Source: Vulcanimicrobiales bacterium (lineage in GTDB: Bacteria; Vulcanimicrobiota; Vulcanimicrobiia; Vulcanimicrobiales; Vulcanimicrobiaceae). Taken from it: a DNA stretch of 64,000 nucleotides. The translations under genes were made by a program, and so were the position numbers. The stretch covers positions 60,986 through 124,985 of the forward strand of contig JBBQQR010000006.1 in the NCBI GenBank assembly GCA_038215615.1. Direction: 5' to 3'. The notes below the pieces were generated by a model, which was not told the DNA's origin, did not search any database, and saw nothing but the letters and a program-made list of their open reading frames with translations. How positions within the stretch are numbered: position 1 is the first letter of the stretch; every line of letters begins with the position of its first letter. Shown here in pieces: positions 18,982-28,771 of the stretch.

Positions 18982-20510
18982 GCGCCGTACCAGCGAAGCC
19001 GCGGCCAAAGCTCTTTCAATGCCGCGATGGGCTGCGTACAAAGAAAAATCGGCGTCGGGCCCTCGATAGCCCACCGGAGCGGATCTTCAAAAGTTCCTAC
19101 TAGGACGACGTGCCGGAAGAGAACATGCAGCAGGCCGGCTTGTGACGCGCCGATCGCCAGCATCGAGCTTCCATCGTAACCACGAGTCCCCCACAGGTAG
19201 TACTGGTTCTGGGCACTGATCGGTTGCGGAAGTCTATATCGTGGTCCATAAAACTCAATGGCGGCGGCGCCCGCGTACGTATCTGAGAAGATTGCGGTGC
19301 GCCGGCGCTGATCCGGCGGAAGCCGATCATAGACATCGGCGACGCGGCGCGCAAGTTCATTCCATCCGAATTCGTCGGCGAACAGCGGCTGGACCAGATG
19401 CGCGGGCTTTTCGTCGCGTCCGATGCCGAGAAGTTGCGAATACCCGATCAGACCTTGCACCGAAAGCGCCGGAATGGTGAAGGGGGCCAGGAGCGCGGCC
19501 GAGACCAGCACGGCGCCGGCGGCAAGCGCGCGCCACACAGGGCGCGAGTTCCCGGCGCGTTCGAGCGCGACCCATCCCGCGCAAATGAGCGGCGTGTACA
19601 CTCCGGCGATGTAATAGCCTTTTCCGTTGGAAAGGGCGGCAACGGCGAGCAGCAGCAGAAACGCGATCGCGATGAATCGATAAGAGCGAAACGGCAGAGC
19701 GAACCAAAGAGCGGCGGCTCCGGCGAGCCATACCGGAACGGCGACCGGGTTAAAAAAAGCCAGCTGTTCCAAAAAGAAAACGCCGGCGTTTACCAGCGGC
19801 TGCCGGAACTCGAACTGCATACCGGAATTAAAGGCGTGCCGTCCCAGCACGTCACCGCGCAACACCGCAAGCATTGGAAAACCGTGCGCGGCCTGCCACC
19901 AAAGGTCAGGCGCGAGAACGAGCATCGTTCCGAGCGCGGCGATTGCAAACGCGCGCGATCGCAAGACGATCCGCTCGGGCGTAAACATCAGGCCGGCCAG
20001 GATGGCCGCGGCCAGCAAAAACATCGAATATTTCCCGTAGAGTCCGAACGTAACGGCGGCAGCCATCGCTATCCACCAGCGTGGATTGCGGGAATGCACC
20101 AAGCGCATCGTGGCATAGATTGTCAGCGCCCAAGAGAGCGGTTCGTACGACGTTGTCGTCAGTGTGGTGCCCAGAAAAAGATATGCCGGCGTGAGCGCAA
20201 CGGTTAACCCGGCGAGGCGCTGGGACCACATAGTGCCGCCGAGTTCGGCAGCGATCGCGCACGCGAGGTATACGGTCGCGCCCGCCGCGATTGCCACGGT
20301 GATACGCAGGGCCACGAGTTCGTAATGCGCCGGCGCGGCCAGCCAGGCAACGAATGCCGTGAGGGGCGGCATGTCGACGTAACCCCACGCCAATCGTTTA
20401 GCGCAGGCGATGAAGTACAACTCGTCGCGATAGTAGCCGTAACGCCACGATACTGCGGCGTGCGCGGCAGTTGTCAAGAATCCGACCGCCGCAGCGAACC
20501 GCTTATCCAA
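18978..20510 (-). CDS. GT-C glycosyltransferase (PMT_2/ArnT-like, GT39/83)
   Basis: YYRDELYF, LAWGYVDMPPL, GKY motifs; polytopic. Confidence 0.88.
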   Translation of the reverse strand: MDKRFAAAVGFLTTAAHAAVSWRYGYYRDELYFIACAKRLAWGYVDMPPLTAFVAWLAAPAHYELVALRITVAIAAGATVYLACAIAAELGGTMWSQRLAGLTVALTPAYLFLGTTLTTTSYEPLSWALTIYATMRLVHSRNPRWWIAMAAAVTFGLYGKYSMFLLAAAILAGLMFTPERIVLRSRAFAIAALGTMLVLAPDLWWQAAHGFPMLAVLRGDVLGRHAFNSGMQFEFRQPLVNAGVFFLEQLAFFNPVAVPVWLAGAAALWFALPFRSYRFIAIAFLLLLAVAALSNGKGYYIAGVYTPLICAGWVALERAGNSRPVWRALAAGAVLVSAALLAPFTIPALSVQGLIGYSQLLGIGRDEKPAHLVQPLFADEFGWNELARRVADVYDRLPPDQRRRTAIFSDTYAGAAAIEFYGPRYRLPQPISAQNQYYLWGTRGYDGSSMLAIGASQAGLLHVLFRHVVLVGTFEDPLRWAIEGPTPIFLCTQPIAALKELWPRLRWYGA

Positions 20511-20516
20511 CTGCGT

Positions 20517-21548
20517 TTAGGGCGCGTCCGGACGCGGCGGCATCGCCGACGCGACGAAACTCAGCAGCAGCGAAAAGAGTCCGGCGTAAAAAATGATCCC
20601 GGTCGCAAAAAGCGGATCCCACCACGTGCCGCCCATGAACGCGATTGTGAAGAGCAGCAGCACGCCGGCGTAGATTGCGGGAACCGCAAATGCGAACGAT
20701 CCAAACCAGCGGCGCGATGTGAAGTACGCCGGCGCGCGAGCGAGAAATGCATCGCCGGCGATTCCGGCTGTGGCGCTGGCCACGAGAACCGACGCAGCGT
20801 CGAGCCAGTTCAGCGAATGGGTTATTGCGATCAACCCGTTGCCGAGCACGAAGAGTATCGTGATCGCTCCGGGGCGCAACCGGAAGTTGCGCACGAGGTA
20901 AAATGCGGTGCCCATCATGAGCAGGCTTTGTAAAACGATGGCTATGAGCGAGCCGCCCTGCTGATAGAAATGAATTGTCATCAGCGTGAGGGCGTTGGCC
21001 CCGAGTTTATGCGGCACGATTGCTCCGAGCGCGCGCGCGGCATCGACGCGAAAGAAGACTTGCGTTCCCCAATGCATGAGCTCGAGGATAGCGGCAGCCG
21101 AAACGATAGTAGGTATCTGCTGCACGAGCGTGGCCGGCCGCGGTATTTGGCAGACTGCCGAACGGATAGGCCCCGAGATGATGAGCAGCACGCCGGCGCC
21201 GATGATTTGGTGCGTCGGCGCCAAAAGCGCATCGAACCCGGCTTCAAAACCAAAGAAGACGTGATTGATCGTGTCGGCGACTCCGCCGACCAAGAACAGG
21301 AGCACACCCGCAGCCGACCACGAATACGCCGGGCCGAACGCTGCGGAGAGACTCTCGTTGCGACGCCGCGCGGCGAAGTAGCGCGACCCGATCAAATACA
21401 GCAAAAGAAGAAGCCCGGAATAGAGCAGCGCGTGCGCCCATGTAATAAACGTGTCGACGTCGTGGCGGATGTGCCACCCCGCGTCGGTATATAAGCCGGC
21501 GATGGTCCAGTAACCGGCGAACGCCATCGCCCAATCGAACCGCCTCAA
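20517..21548 (-). CDS. Polytopic membrane protein with two Dx3Hx12-16H motifs
   Basis: DAGWHIRHDVDTFITWAH and DTINH...APTH; paralog of 25782-27650; start uncertain (TTG 21548 or ATG 21527). Confidence 0.75.
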   Translation of the reverse strand: MRRFDWAMAFAGYWTIAGLYTDAGWHIRHDVDTFITWAHALLYSGLLLLLYLIGSRYFAARRRNESLSAAFGPAYSWSAAGVLLFLVGGVADTINHVFFGFEAGFDALLAPTHQIIGAGVLLIISGPIRSAVCQIPRPATLVQQIPTIVSAAAILELMHWGTQVFFRVDAARALGAIVPHKLGANALTLMTIHFYQQGGSLIAIVLQSLLMMGTAFYLVRNFRLRPGAITILFVLGNGLIAITHSLNWLDAASVLVASATAGIAGDAFLARAPAYFTSRRWFGSFAFAVPAIYAGVLLLFTIAFMGGTWWDPLFATGIIFYAGLFSLLLSFVASAMPPRPDAP

Positions 21549-21592
21549 GAGTCCAGGGTTCGCAGGGCCATCATTCGAACCTGCGCAGCTCG

Positions 21593-22018
21593 ATGCGCGT
21601 ACAGTCGATCGCACTCGCGCCGGCGCTCGCCCTGTTGGCGGCGTGCGGAGCGCATCCCGAAATCGGCGCGCGCGCTGCCGTCACGATCGGCGTCATTACG
21701 CCCTGGCCCGCCACGGTGTACGTCCGCCAAAACGATCCGCCGCGCATCCTCGCCGCCCAGTTCTCGTCGTCGGTGATTCACCTCGGAGAATGGTGGTCGG
21801 GGAAAGTTGCGACCACGAGCAACGTTGCCGTTGTGGAACTACGCTCCCCGTCGTTTTCATTCATATTGCACCGAACCGCTTTCGGGCAGTTTTCGTTCAA
21901 GACGCGCGTCTTGGCAGTGCCTTCGATCTACCTTCGCGGATTCACCGCGACACTGGTCGCGCGCGGGGCCGGCGGCGGGTTAACCGACGCGCGCAGCGCC
22001 GAGCTTGTTTTTCGATAG
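21593..22018 (+). CDS. Putative lipoprotein
   Basis: Lipobox LLAAC; beta-rich mature part. Confidence 0.65.
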   Translation: MRVQSIALAPALALLAACGAHPEIGARAAVTIGVITPWPATVYVRQNDPPRILAAQFSSSVIHLGEWWSGKVATTSNVAVVELRSPSFSFILHRTAFGQFSFKTRVLAVPSIYLRGFTATLVARGAGGGLTDARSAELVFR

Positions 22019-23470
22019 CCGCAAAAATAGCGTCGCGATCGCCGCGACGGCGAGATTGACCAGCAGGGCGTAAAGGGCGATGTATCCCGGAACGGTGATG
22101 CCGGCGTGGAGCGCGAAAATCGTCGTCGCGAACTTGGCTGACTGCGCCATGCAGATCGCGGCGGCAATTCCGACTGCCCAGCCCGCCAGCAAAGCGAAAC
22201 GGTGGAACCACGTCGTGTACAATCCCAGGATGACGGCCGGGAATATTTGTAGGATCAAAGACCCACCGAGTAATTGAAATTCGATCGCGTAAAGTGGTTT
22301 GATGGTGAGCGCGATTGCAAGTCCGCCCGCAAGGACCAGAAGCGCAATGAGGCGCGCAGTGCGCGTCTCCACAGCTGGGCGGGCGAGACGCGTGTGAAAC
22401 GTTTGCAGGATGTTGCTGGCGAATAGGTTGGCTGCCCCAATCGCCATGATCGCCGCGGGGACAAGCGCTCCGATAACGATCGCCGCAAACGCGACGCCCG
22501 CAAACCAGTTCGGAAAAAAACGCGTGAATAGGTCGGGGATTGCGAAGTTCGGATCGCTGACGCGAATGTGCGCCGCGAGCGCGCAGTAACCGAGCAGCGC
22601 GATCAGGGTGAGCAAGATGCTGTAGAGGGGAAGCAGTGCGCAGTTACGGCGGATGACGTTGGCGCTGCGCGCGCTGAGCACGCTCGTGATCGAGTGCGGA
22701 TAGATGAAGAGCGCGAGTGCCGAGCCCAGCGCCAGCGATGAATATGCGAAGTACAACGAGGGCGTGAGTATCGTCGAACCCGGTTTGGCTTTTGCTGCGA
22801 GTGCGGTTTGCGCCACACTGAATATATGCGACCAGCCACCGAGGCTCTTTGGGATAATGATGATCGCGGCGATAACGGTGATGTAGATCAGCGTGTCTTT
22901 TACAAACGCGATCATCGCGGGCGCGCGCAGACCACTGGTAAACGTGAAGGCTGCCAGCAGCGCGAAGGCGACGACCAGCATCGTCACGGCTGACCCATGC
23001 GTGGGTGCGATGCCGGAGCGTTCAAGGACGACCTGCACGCCGATCAGCTGCAATGCGATGTATGGCATCGTAGCCACGACGCCGGTGAGTGCGACTGCGA
23101 GCTCAAGCGGCCGGCTTCCGAAGCGATCGCGCACGAAATCAGCGGTCGTCACATAGCCCCGGGCTTTGGCGACGGTCCAAAAGCGGGCCATGACAATGAA
23201 GGCTAAAGGATAGGCTATGGTCGTGTACGGCACGGCGAAAAATGCAATTGCGCCCGATCCAAACGCGAAGGCTGGGACTGCGATGAACGTGTACGCGGTA
23301 TACAGGTCTCCGCCCAAGAGGAACCACGTGACGATCGTTCCAAAGCGCCGTCCTCCCAGCGCCCATTCTTCGAGCGAAGAAAGGTTCGCGTGGCCCCAGC
23401 GTGCCGCGAGAAAGCCGAGCACAGCCACGCCGAAGATGAGCACGAGGAATATCGCCGCGCCGCTAGTCAC
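21980..23470 (-). CDS. mctP: Sodium:solute symporter, monocarboxylate permease MctP-like
   Basis: EWALGGRRFG, WFLLGGDLYTAYTF, SGLRAPA motifs. Confidence 0.88.
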   Translation of the reverse strand: MTSGAAIFLVLIFGVAVLGFLAARWGHANLSSLEEWALGGRRFGTIVTWFLLGGDLYTAYTFIAVPAFAFGSGAIAFFAVPYTTIAYPLAFIVMARFWTVAKARGYVTTADFVRDRFGSRPLELAVALTGVVATMPYIALQLIGVQVVLERSGIAPTHGSAVTMLVVAFALLAAFTFTSGLRAPAMIAFVKDTLIYITVIAAIIIIPKSLGGWSHIFSVAQTALAAKAKPGSTILTPSLYFAYSSLALGSALALFIYPHSITSVLSARSANVIRRNCALLPLYSILLTLIALLGYCALAAHIRVSDPNFAIPDLFTRFFPNWFAGVAFAAIVIGALVPAAIMAIGAANLFASNILQTFHTRLARPAVETRTARLIALLVLAGGLAIALTIKPLYAIEFQLLGGSLILQIFPAVILGLYTTWFHRFALLAGWAVGIAAAICMAQSAKFATTIFALHAGITVPGYIALYALLVNLAVAAIATLFLRLSKNKLGAARVG

Positions 23471-23657
23471 GTTCGCGTTCTCGCGTTGCGGCGTAGACGG
23501 TCCAGACGATCAGTGCCGAGAGCACGATCCAAAGAATTTGATACCAGTAGAAAAACGGAAACCCAAATAGCGCGGGCGTCGAACGTGCATACAGCGGCGG
23601 CACGAGCGTCGCCGCGAACGGTACGAGGAGCAGGCAGTACCACAAACGGCTCTTCAT
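23463..23657 (-). CDS. DUF3311 small membrane protein
   Basis: PLYA..P.LFGFPFFYWYQ motif; overlaps the symporter start. Confidence 0.88.
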   Translation of the reverse strand: MKSRLWYCLLLVPFAATLVPPLYARSTPALFGFPFFYWYQILWIVLSALIVWTVYAATRERERD

Positions 23658-23658
23658 G

Positions 23659-24579
23659 TTATTTGAGCGACACGGTCCGTTCCGCCCAGATGTCGGTGAG
23701 CGAAAACTTTCCCAACCATTGCGAAATAGCCATGCCTCCGATGCAGACCGCAGTGCCGGCAATTTGATGCGCTTCGATCCGGCTGTGGAGAATCACTATC
23801 GAAAGCAAGCCCGCGATCACCGGCACGCTGAACTGAAAGAGCGAAGCGCGTCCGGCGCCCAGCACCGAGATACCCCAACTCCAGATTGGAAATGTGAGGA
23901 CGATCGGGAAAATGACCGAGAAAGCAAATATCCACCAGTCGGTGGCCGGAAGAGCTGCGTAATTTGTGTGCATCATCCTAGGAATCGCTCCGGGCAGAAG
24001 GATCAGCGTACCGATCGTCATGGTCACCGCGACCAGCCCGAGCGGCGTGTAGCGGCCCAATAATTTCGCGCTCAAGACGTTAAATATGGCAAAAACCATC
24101 GCGGCGCAAAACGTCAGCGCGTCTCCTGGCCGGAACGTGATGTGGCCTGCGAAGGCGCCTTCGAAAACCGCGACGCCGAACAGCGCCACCGCCGCGCCCA
24201 GCCACCGTCCCGCATGCACGCGTTCTTGTCGGGAAAAAGCGACGATCGCGAGCGTCAGCAGCGGTGAAAGGCTCGCCAGCAGCGACGATGCGAACGCGCT
24301 CGTGTTGGCTAATCCGAAGACCCAAAAATATTGATACAGACCATAACCACAGGCGCCGCAGGCGATCAGCAATGGTAAGTCGCGGACGCGCAGACGTATG
24401 GATTGATGCATGCCGCGCGCCAGCAAGAACGCCAGCGGGGTCATGGCGAGAAACCTCAGCCCCGTGAACGCCAGCGGATCGATCGACCCGAACGCGTATT
24501 TGACGAGCACGGTGTTCATCGCCCAGGAAAAGGCGACGAACATGAGTCCCGGATAGAGCAGCGGGCGGCGGACGCTCAC
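23659..24579 (-). CDS. EamA/DMT family transporter
   Basis: About 10 TM segments in two EamA repeats; GLRF, GDAL and PV motifs. Confidence 0.9.
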   Translation of the reverse strand: MSVRRPLLYPGLMFVAFSWAMNTVLVKYAFGSIDPLAFTGLRFLAMTPLAFLLARGMHQSIRLRVRDLPLLIACGACGYGLYQYFWVFGLANTSAFASSLLASLSPLLTLAIVAFSRQERVHAGRWLGAAVALFGVAVFEGAFAGHITFRPGDALTFCAAMVFAIFNVLSAKLLGRYTPLGLVAVTMTIGTLILLPGAIPRMMHTNYAALPATDWWIFAFSVIFPIVLTFPIWSWGISVLGAGRASLFQFSVPVIAGLLSIVILHSRIEAHQIAGTAVCIGGMAISQWLGKFSLTDIWAERTVSLK

Positions 24580-24589
24580 GCTTCGACCT

Positions 24590-25312
24590 CTACCGTGTCA
24601 GGTTGAAAGCTCCTCGGTTGGAATACGCCGGCGATCGCCACGTGCTGCCGTCGCTGCACGCACCGGTTTGCGTATTTTCGTACGCAACGCGCACGACGGT
24701 GTCGTCCGACGTTCCCGGCGAATCGGGCGCGCACGGATTAGCGGTTGCCGGAGGTCGGCCCGCGTCTTCGCCCGGCGGAAATCCGCTTGCGAGGACTGCG
24801 TCGCTCGTGCGATCGCGCGCGCCGGCGATCGCGACATAGGGTGGTGCGTTGAAGGTGCGAAGCGTGACGTCGGAATCGCGGGTTGCAAGGAAACTTCCGT
24901 CTCCGGCTTGCACGGCGACGGAGATTCGGGCGACGATGCGCCGTTCGGTGACATAGATGTTGCGTTGCTCGTTGTTTGCGCAGGCCCATGCAACATCGCA
25001 CGGCGCCGGAGAGGAGTCCGAATCGACGATTTGCGCCGAAACTCTTGCGGAACCCGTAAAGCTGCACGGGCGGCGTTCATCGACGCAAGCCGGCGCAAAC
25101 GTGAATGAGGGCAGCGAATCCGGGAATGAACCGCTGCGTGCAAACGGTGCAATCTCCGAAATCAGCGCCGCAGCGGCGTGCTGGTATTCGCGGTTCAGGT
25201 ACGTTTGTGCGGCGCGGCGGACGGCGACGCGTTCGGAAATAAGCCCCGCGCTCAGTATCGTGTTTGCCGCGAGTGCTACCAGCGCGACACAGATCAACGC
25301 GTTTGCCAGCAC
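24590..25312 (-). CDS. Hypothetical pilin-associated protein (N-terminal hydrophobic helix, Cys pairs)
   Basis: Coupled to the upstream prepilin gene; hydrophobic N-terminus and several Cys residues. Confidence 0.55.
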   Translation of the reverse strand: MLANALICVALVALAANTILSAGLISERVAVRRAAQTYLNREYQHAAAALISEIAPFARSGSFPDSLPSFTFAPACVDERRPCSFTGSARVSAQIVDSDSSPAPCDVAWACANNEQRNIYVTERRIVARISVAVQAGDGSFLATRDSDVTLRTFNAPPYVAIAGARDRTSDAVLASGFPPGEDAGRPPATANPCAPDSPGTSDDTVVRVAYENTQTGACSDGSTWRSPAYSNRGAFNLTR

Positions 25313-25313
25313 G

Positions 25314-25775
25314 TCAAGGCGCGCTAGAAGGTTGCGGAATCAAACCCGGCCGCTCCACCCGAGCTCCGGGCAAAGGTGCCCTGACTCGTAACGCGCCCGT
25401 CACGCTTACTGCGCCGGAATCGCCTGCGGCTTGGCTCGGCGGATATGAAACGGTAATCGTTACCGCGGCGCCGTCCGCGGTTTGAGAAGAGATTGCGCTC
25501 GAGATGGTGACGGGAACTGCGTCGCTGGATCCGGGGACCGGCATAGACGCGGGAACCGATCCGCTTGGTGCATCTCCGAGGGCCCCGTACTTCCACGCAT
25601 TTTCAGCGGTGCGCAGCGTTTGCGCGGCTAGAATCGCCGCAGCGGTCCGGTTCCGCGATGAAGAGCCCAACGCGGCCGTTGCGGAGATCGAGATCAGCAG
25701 CGCGCCTGCGCAGAGCGAAATGATCGCGACGACGGCGATTGCTTCGAGCAAAGCAAACCCGCGCTGAAGCTCCAC
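25314..25775 (-). CDS. Prepilin-type N-terminal cleavage/methylation protein (minor pilin/pseudopilin)
   Basis: QRG|FALLEAIAVVAII class III signal. Confidence 0.8.
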   Translation of the reverse strand: MELQRGFALLEAIAVVAIISLCAGALLISISATAALGSSSRNRTAAAILAAQTLRTAENAWKYGALGDAPSGSVPASMPVPGSSDAVPVTISSAISSQTADGAAVTITVSYPPSQAAGDSGAVSVTGALRVRAPLPGARVERPGLIPQPSSAP

Positions 25776-25781
25776 GTCGGG

Positions 25782-27650
25782 CTAGGTGCCCGCTTCGGCC
25801 TCCGGGGAGCGCAGCGGCGGCGCGAAGCAAAACGCGACGAGCAAACCTGCAAAGCCCGCGATAAACGGCGAACCGGCAATCAGATTAGGCGGCCAGCCGA
25901 GTCCGCCGGGCAGCGTTCGTTGCGCGACGATAAGGTACAGCGTAAAAAGCACTGCCGGCATGCCGAACGCCAGCGCATAAAATCCGAGGCCCGCGCGTGC
26001 GCGCTCGCCGAGTACCGCGATGGTGGTATCCACGAGCAGTCCCGTGAGAACGGCGGCCGTGATTTCATAGAACAGATCGCTCTGGAAAGCCATCCCGATG
26101 GCAAATATGCCGAGCAAAAACGTTATCGCGCCAAACGGCATGCGCCAGCGTCTGATCAGCATGAGCGCAAGTCCAGTGACGGCGATCGCTTCAATGATGT
26201 TTGCGTCTTCACTGTATGCTAAACCCAAGAACGTTGTCGCAGCAACCGGCCGTCCGGTTGCGGTGAAGATGAGATCTCCGCTCGGCGTCCACGACGGATG
26301 CGAAGCGTCCAAGCCGGCCAGCTGAGAAACATTTGCCGTTCGCCCGGACGTAAGGTCGGTGACGAAAATTTGGGAGTCACCGGCGGCTTCGCGGATATAT
26401 GCAACGCGCTTCGCGTCCGAAGACCAGGCCGGCATCTGCCCGCCACGAACCAGCGTTGCCCCAACACCGCTGTCCGGCGCGCCGTACATGTAGGTGGCAA
26501 TGTTTCCATCGATCGTCACGAACGCGATCTGATTCGTCCCGGTTTTTCCTGTCCACGTGGGCTCTGTGCCCCCTTGCGTTCCGTTGAGCCATGCGGGCGT
26601 GCCGCCGCCGGCGGGAACGACGGCGATCTGTTGATGCAGGCCGTTACGCGATTGGTACGCGATCAATTTCCCATCGGACGACCACGCCGGAAACCGCATC
26701 TCGATGACGCTCGAAACGATCGTCTTGACGGCCGATCCATCCGCGCCAATCGTTTGCAACAGAAAATCGCCGGACGTTCCGGCGGGTATGGAAATGAACG
26801 CTAACCGTTTTCCGTCCGGAGACCAGGACGGCTGGGTGTCGTGCAGGCCGCTGTGCGTTATCCGGCGCGCTTGCGTTCCATCAATGTTCGCTACGTAAAT
26901 ATCCGAAGCCGGATGTTTACTTGCGCCGACGCGAAAAACGACGCGGCTTCCGTCCGGCGAGACCGATGCGCCCCAAATGTCGCGGTCGGCGAGCGTAAGC
27001 AAACGCGTTTCGCGCGTGCCGTCGCCACGCACTGCGTAGAGGGCTCCGCCGGTCTGCGGTTCATGGCGGCCGATGACCAGGGACTCCTCCGTATCGCCGA
27101 TGGGTTGCGCGTACTGCGTAAAAAAACCGACCAGCGTGAGCAGTGCAGCAGCGCTCAGAATCGCTGGACCGGTGATTCGCCAGCCGCCGCTTCGCGATCC
27201 GTAACGAGCAGCGATCGAAATGAGCGGGCCCGAGAAGATGAGAGCCCCCGCGAGCGCCAGCCAGATGTGCGAAGGGCTTATCAGTGCGTTGATATCGGCT
27301 TCAATCCCGTAGCGCGTGTGCCACCAGAGATCGAAGGCTCCTCCGATGGCGAACATGATGACGCCGGCAAGTGAAGTCCCGTAACCAAATGGCAAAGCGG
27401 AGCGGGCGGAATATCCCCGTCTGACGTTGAGAGTCGCGATCGCGCCTAGCACAATTCCGTTGAGCACCATCGTTCCATAAAGAATCGCGTGCCATGGTGT
27501 GAAGAAGCTTTGGTCGACTAGACCGTGACCATGCGCCCAGCCGTCTTGGACGACGCCGGCCATGAGGACGAGCGCGAGTATCCCCATGATCCAATCGAAC
27601 GTGAGTGACGGCGCCGGTGAATCGGAAATCGCAGAAGCAGAAGCTTGCAT
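25782..27650 (-). CDS. Polytopic membrane protein with Dx3Hx13-16H motifs and an inserted TolB-like (PD40) beta-propeller
   Basis: QDGWAH...FTPWH and DLWWH...SPSH; repeats SVSPDG, PSWSPDG, PAWSSDG, PAWSSDA, PSWTPSG. The ORF's 5' extension into rpsL is spurious; alternative ATG at 27749. Confidence 0.8.
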   Translation of the reverse strand: MQASASAISDSPAPSLTFDWIMGILALVLMAGVVQDGWAHGHGLVDQSFFTPWHAILYGTMVLNGIVLGAIATLNVRRGYSARSALPFGYGTSLAGVIMFAIGGAFDLWWHTRYGIEADINALISPSHIWLALAGALIFSGPLISIAARYGSRSGGWRITGPAILSAAALLTLVGFFTQYAQPIGDTEESLVIGRHEPQTGGALYAVRGDGTRETRLLTLADRDIWGASVSPDGSRVVFRVGASKHPASDIYVANIDGTQARRITHSGLHDTQPSWSPDGKRLAFISIPAGTSGDFLLQTIGADGSAVKTIVSSVIEMRFPAWSSDGKLIAYQSRNGLHQQIAVVPAGGGTPAWLNGTQGGTEPTWTGKTGTNQIAFVTIDGNIATYMYGAPDSGVGATLVRGGQMPAWSSDAKRVAYIREAAGDSQIFVTDLTSGRTANVSQLAGLDASHPSWTPSGDLIFTATGRPVAATTFLGLAYSEDANIIEAIAVTGLALMLIRRWRMPFGAITFLLGIFAIGMAFQSDLFYEITAAVLTGLLVDTTIAVLGERARAGLGFYALAFGMPAVLFTLYLIVAQRTLPGGLGWPPNLIAGSPFIAGFAGLLVAFCFAPPLRSPEAEAGT

Positions 27651-27751
27651 GCAGCGCTTGACCTTGCACGCTTGCTTTCGGGTGCCCTGGCGTGGGGCCG
27701 CTTGGGCTACCGCTCCGGCGGGAGCCCCCGGGGTCTCCGGCCTGTCCATTG

Positions 27752-27781
27752 TTGCCTGGGGCGACAGGGATGAGGTATACT
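27752..27781 (+). promoter_or_regulatory. Putative sigma70 promoter for the str operon
   Basis: TTGCCT-N18-TATACT upstream of rpsL. Confidence 0.55.
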
Positions 27782-27848
27782 CCCAAAGTTCGGTCCACCG
27801 GCGGTGCGGCCGACGTTTTAGTGCGCCCCACTCACAGTTAGGAAGATT

Positions 27849-28289
27849 TTGCCGACCATTAGCCAGTTGGTCCGTAAGGGCCGCAAAAAGGCCGAGAAAA
27901 AAGTGAAGACTCCGGCGTTCCGCGTCATTCAGACCGGACCGAAACCGGGCCACCCCGATCTGCCTTTGCGCGCCTTCGAAGTGACCGGAAATCCGCAGCG
28001 TCGCGGCGTCTGCACGCAAGTGAAAACCGTCACTCCGAAAAAGCCCAATTCTGCGCTGCGCAAAGTTGCGCGCGTCCGCTTGACCAATGGCGAAGAAGTC
28101 ACCGCATACATTCCCGGTATCGGCCACAACTTGCAAGAGCACTCCGTCGTGCTCGTGCGTGGCGGACGGGTGAAAGATCTGCCGGGCGTGCGGTATCACA
28201 TCATTCGCGGTACGCTCGACACCTCGGGCGCGGCGAATCGTCAGCAAGGCCGCTCGAAATACGGCGCTAAGCGCTCAGCGAAGAAGTAG
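27849..28289 (+). CDS. rpsL: 30S ribosomal protein S12
   Basis: [31 protein letters not shown] start. Confidence 0.98.
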   Translation: MPTISQLVRKGRKKAEKKVKTPAFRVIQTGPKPGHPDLPLRAFEVTGNPQRRGVCTQVKTVTPKKPNSALRKVARVRLTNGEEVTAYIPGIGHNLQEHSVVLVRGGRVKDLPGVRYHIIRGTLDTSGAANRQQGRSKYGAKRSAKK

Positions 28290-28295
28290 AGCGCT

Positions 28296-28766
28296 ATGCC
28301 ACGTAAAGGACCGGCGCCCAAGCGCCAGATTCTGCCCGATCCGCGTCACAACTCGAAAGTGCTCGCCCGCTTCATTAATAAGATCATGCTGCGCGGCAAG
28401 AAATCTTTGGCCGAGCGCATCGCTTACGGTGCGCTCGATATCGTCGCGGAGAAAACCGGGCGCGACCCGATGGACATTTTCTCACAAGCGCTCAGTAACG
28501 CGATGCCGCTGGTCGAAGTGCGTCCGCGCCGCGTCGGCGGGGCCACATATCAAGTTCCCATGGAAGTGCGTCCGGACCGGCGGCAGGCCATGGCCATGCG
28601 CTGGCTCATCGGATTCGCGCGTACGCGGCCGGGCCATTCTATGGAAGAGAAGCTCGCGGGCGAACTGATGGACGCCGCCAACAATCAAGGCGCGACCATC
28701 AAAAAGCGCGAGGACACGCACAAGATGGCCGAGGCCAATAAAGCCTTCGCGCATTACCGCTGGTAA
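28296..28766 (+). CDS. rpsG: 30S ribosomal protein S7
   Basis: [23 protein letters not shown]. Confidence 0.99.
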   Translation: MPRKGPAPKRQILPDPRHNSKVLARFINKIMLRGKKSLAERIAYGALDIVAEKTGRDPMDIFSQALSNAMPLVEVRPRRVGGATYQVPMEVRPDRRQAMAMRWLIGFARTRPGHSMEEKLAGELMDAANNQGATIKKREDTHKMAEANKAFAHYRW

Positions 28767-28771
28767 TCGCT

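Noticed and set aside
27651..28247. N-terminal 199 aa of the 821-aa ORF
   Set aside because: Mostly antisense to rpsL and its promoter; homology to the paralog begins near 27650
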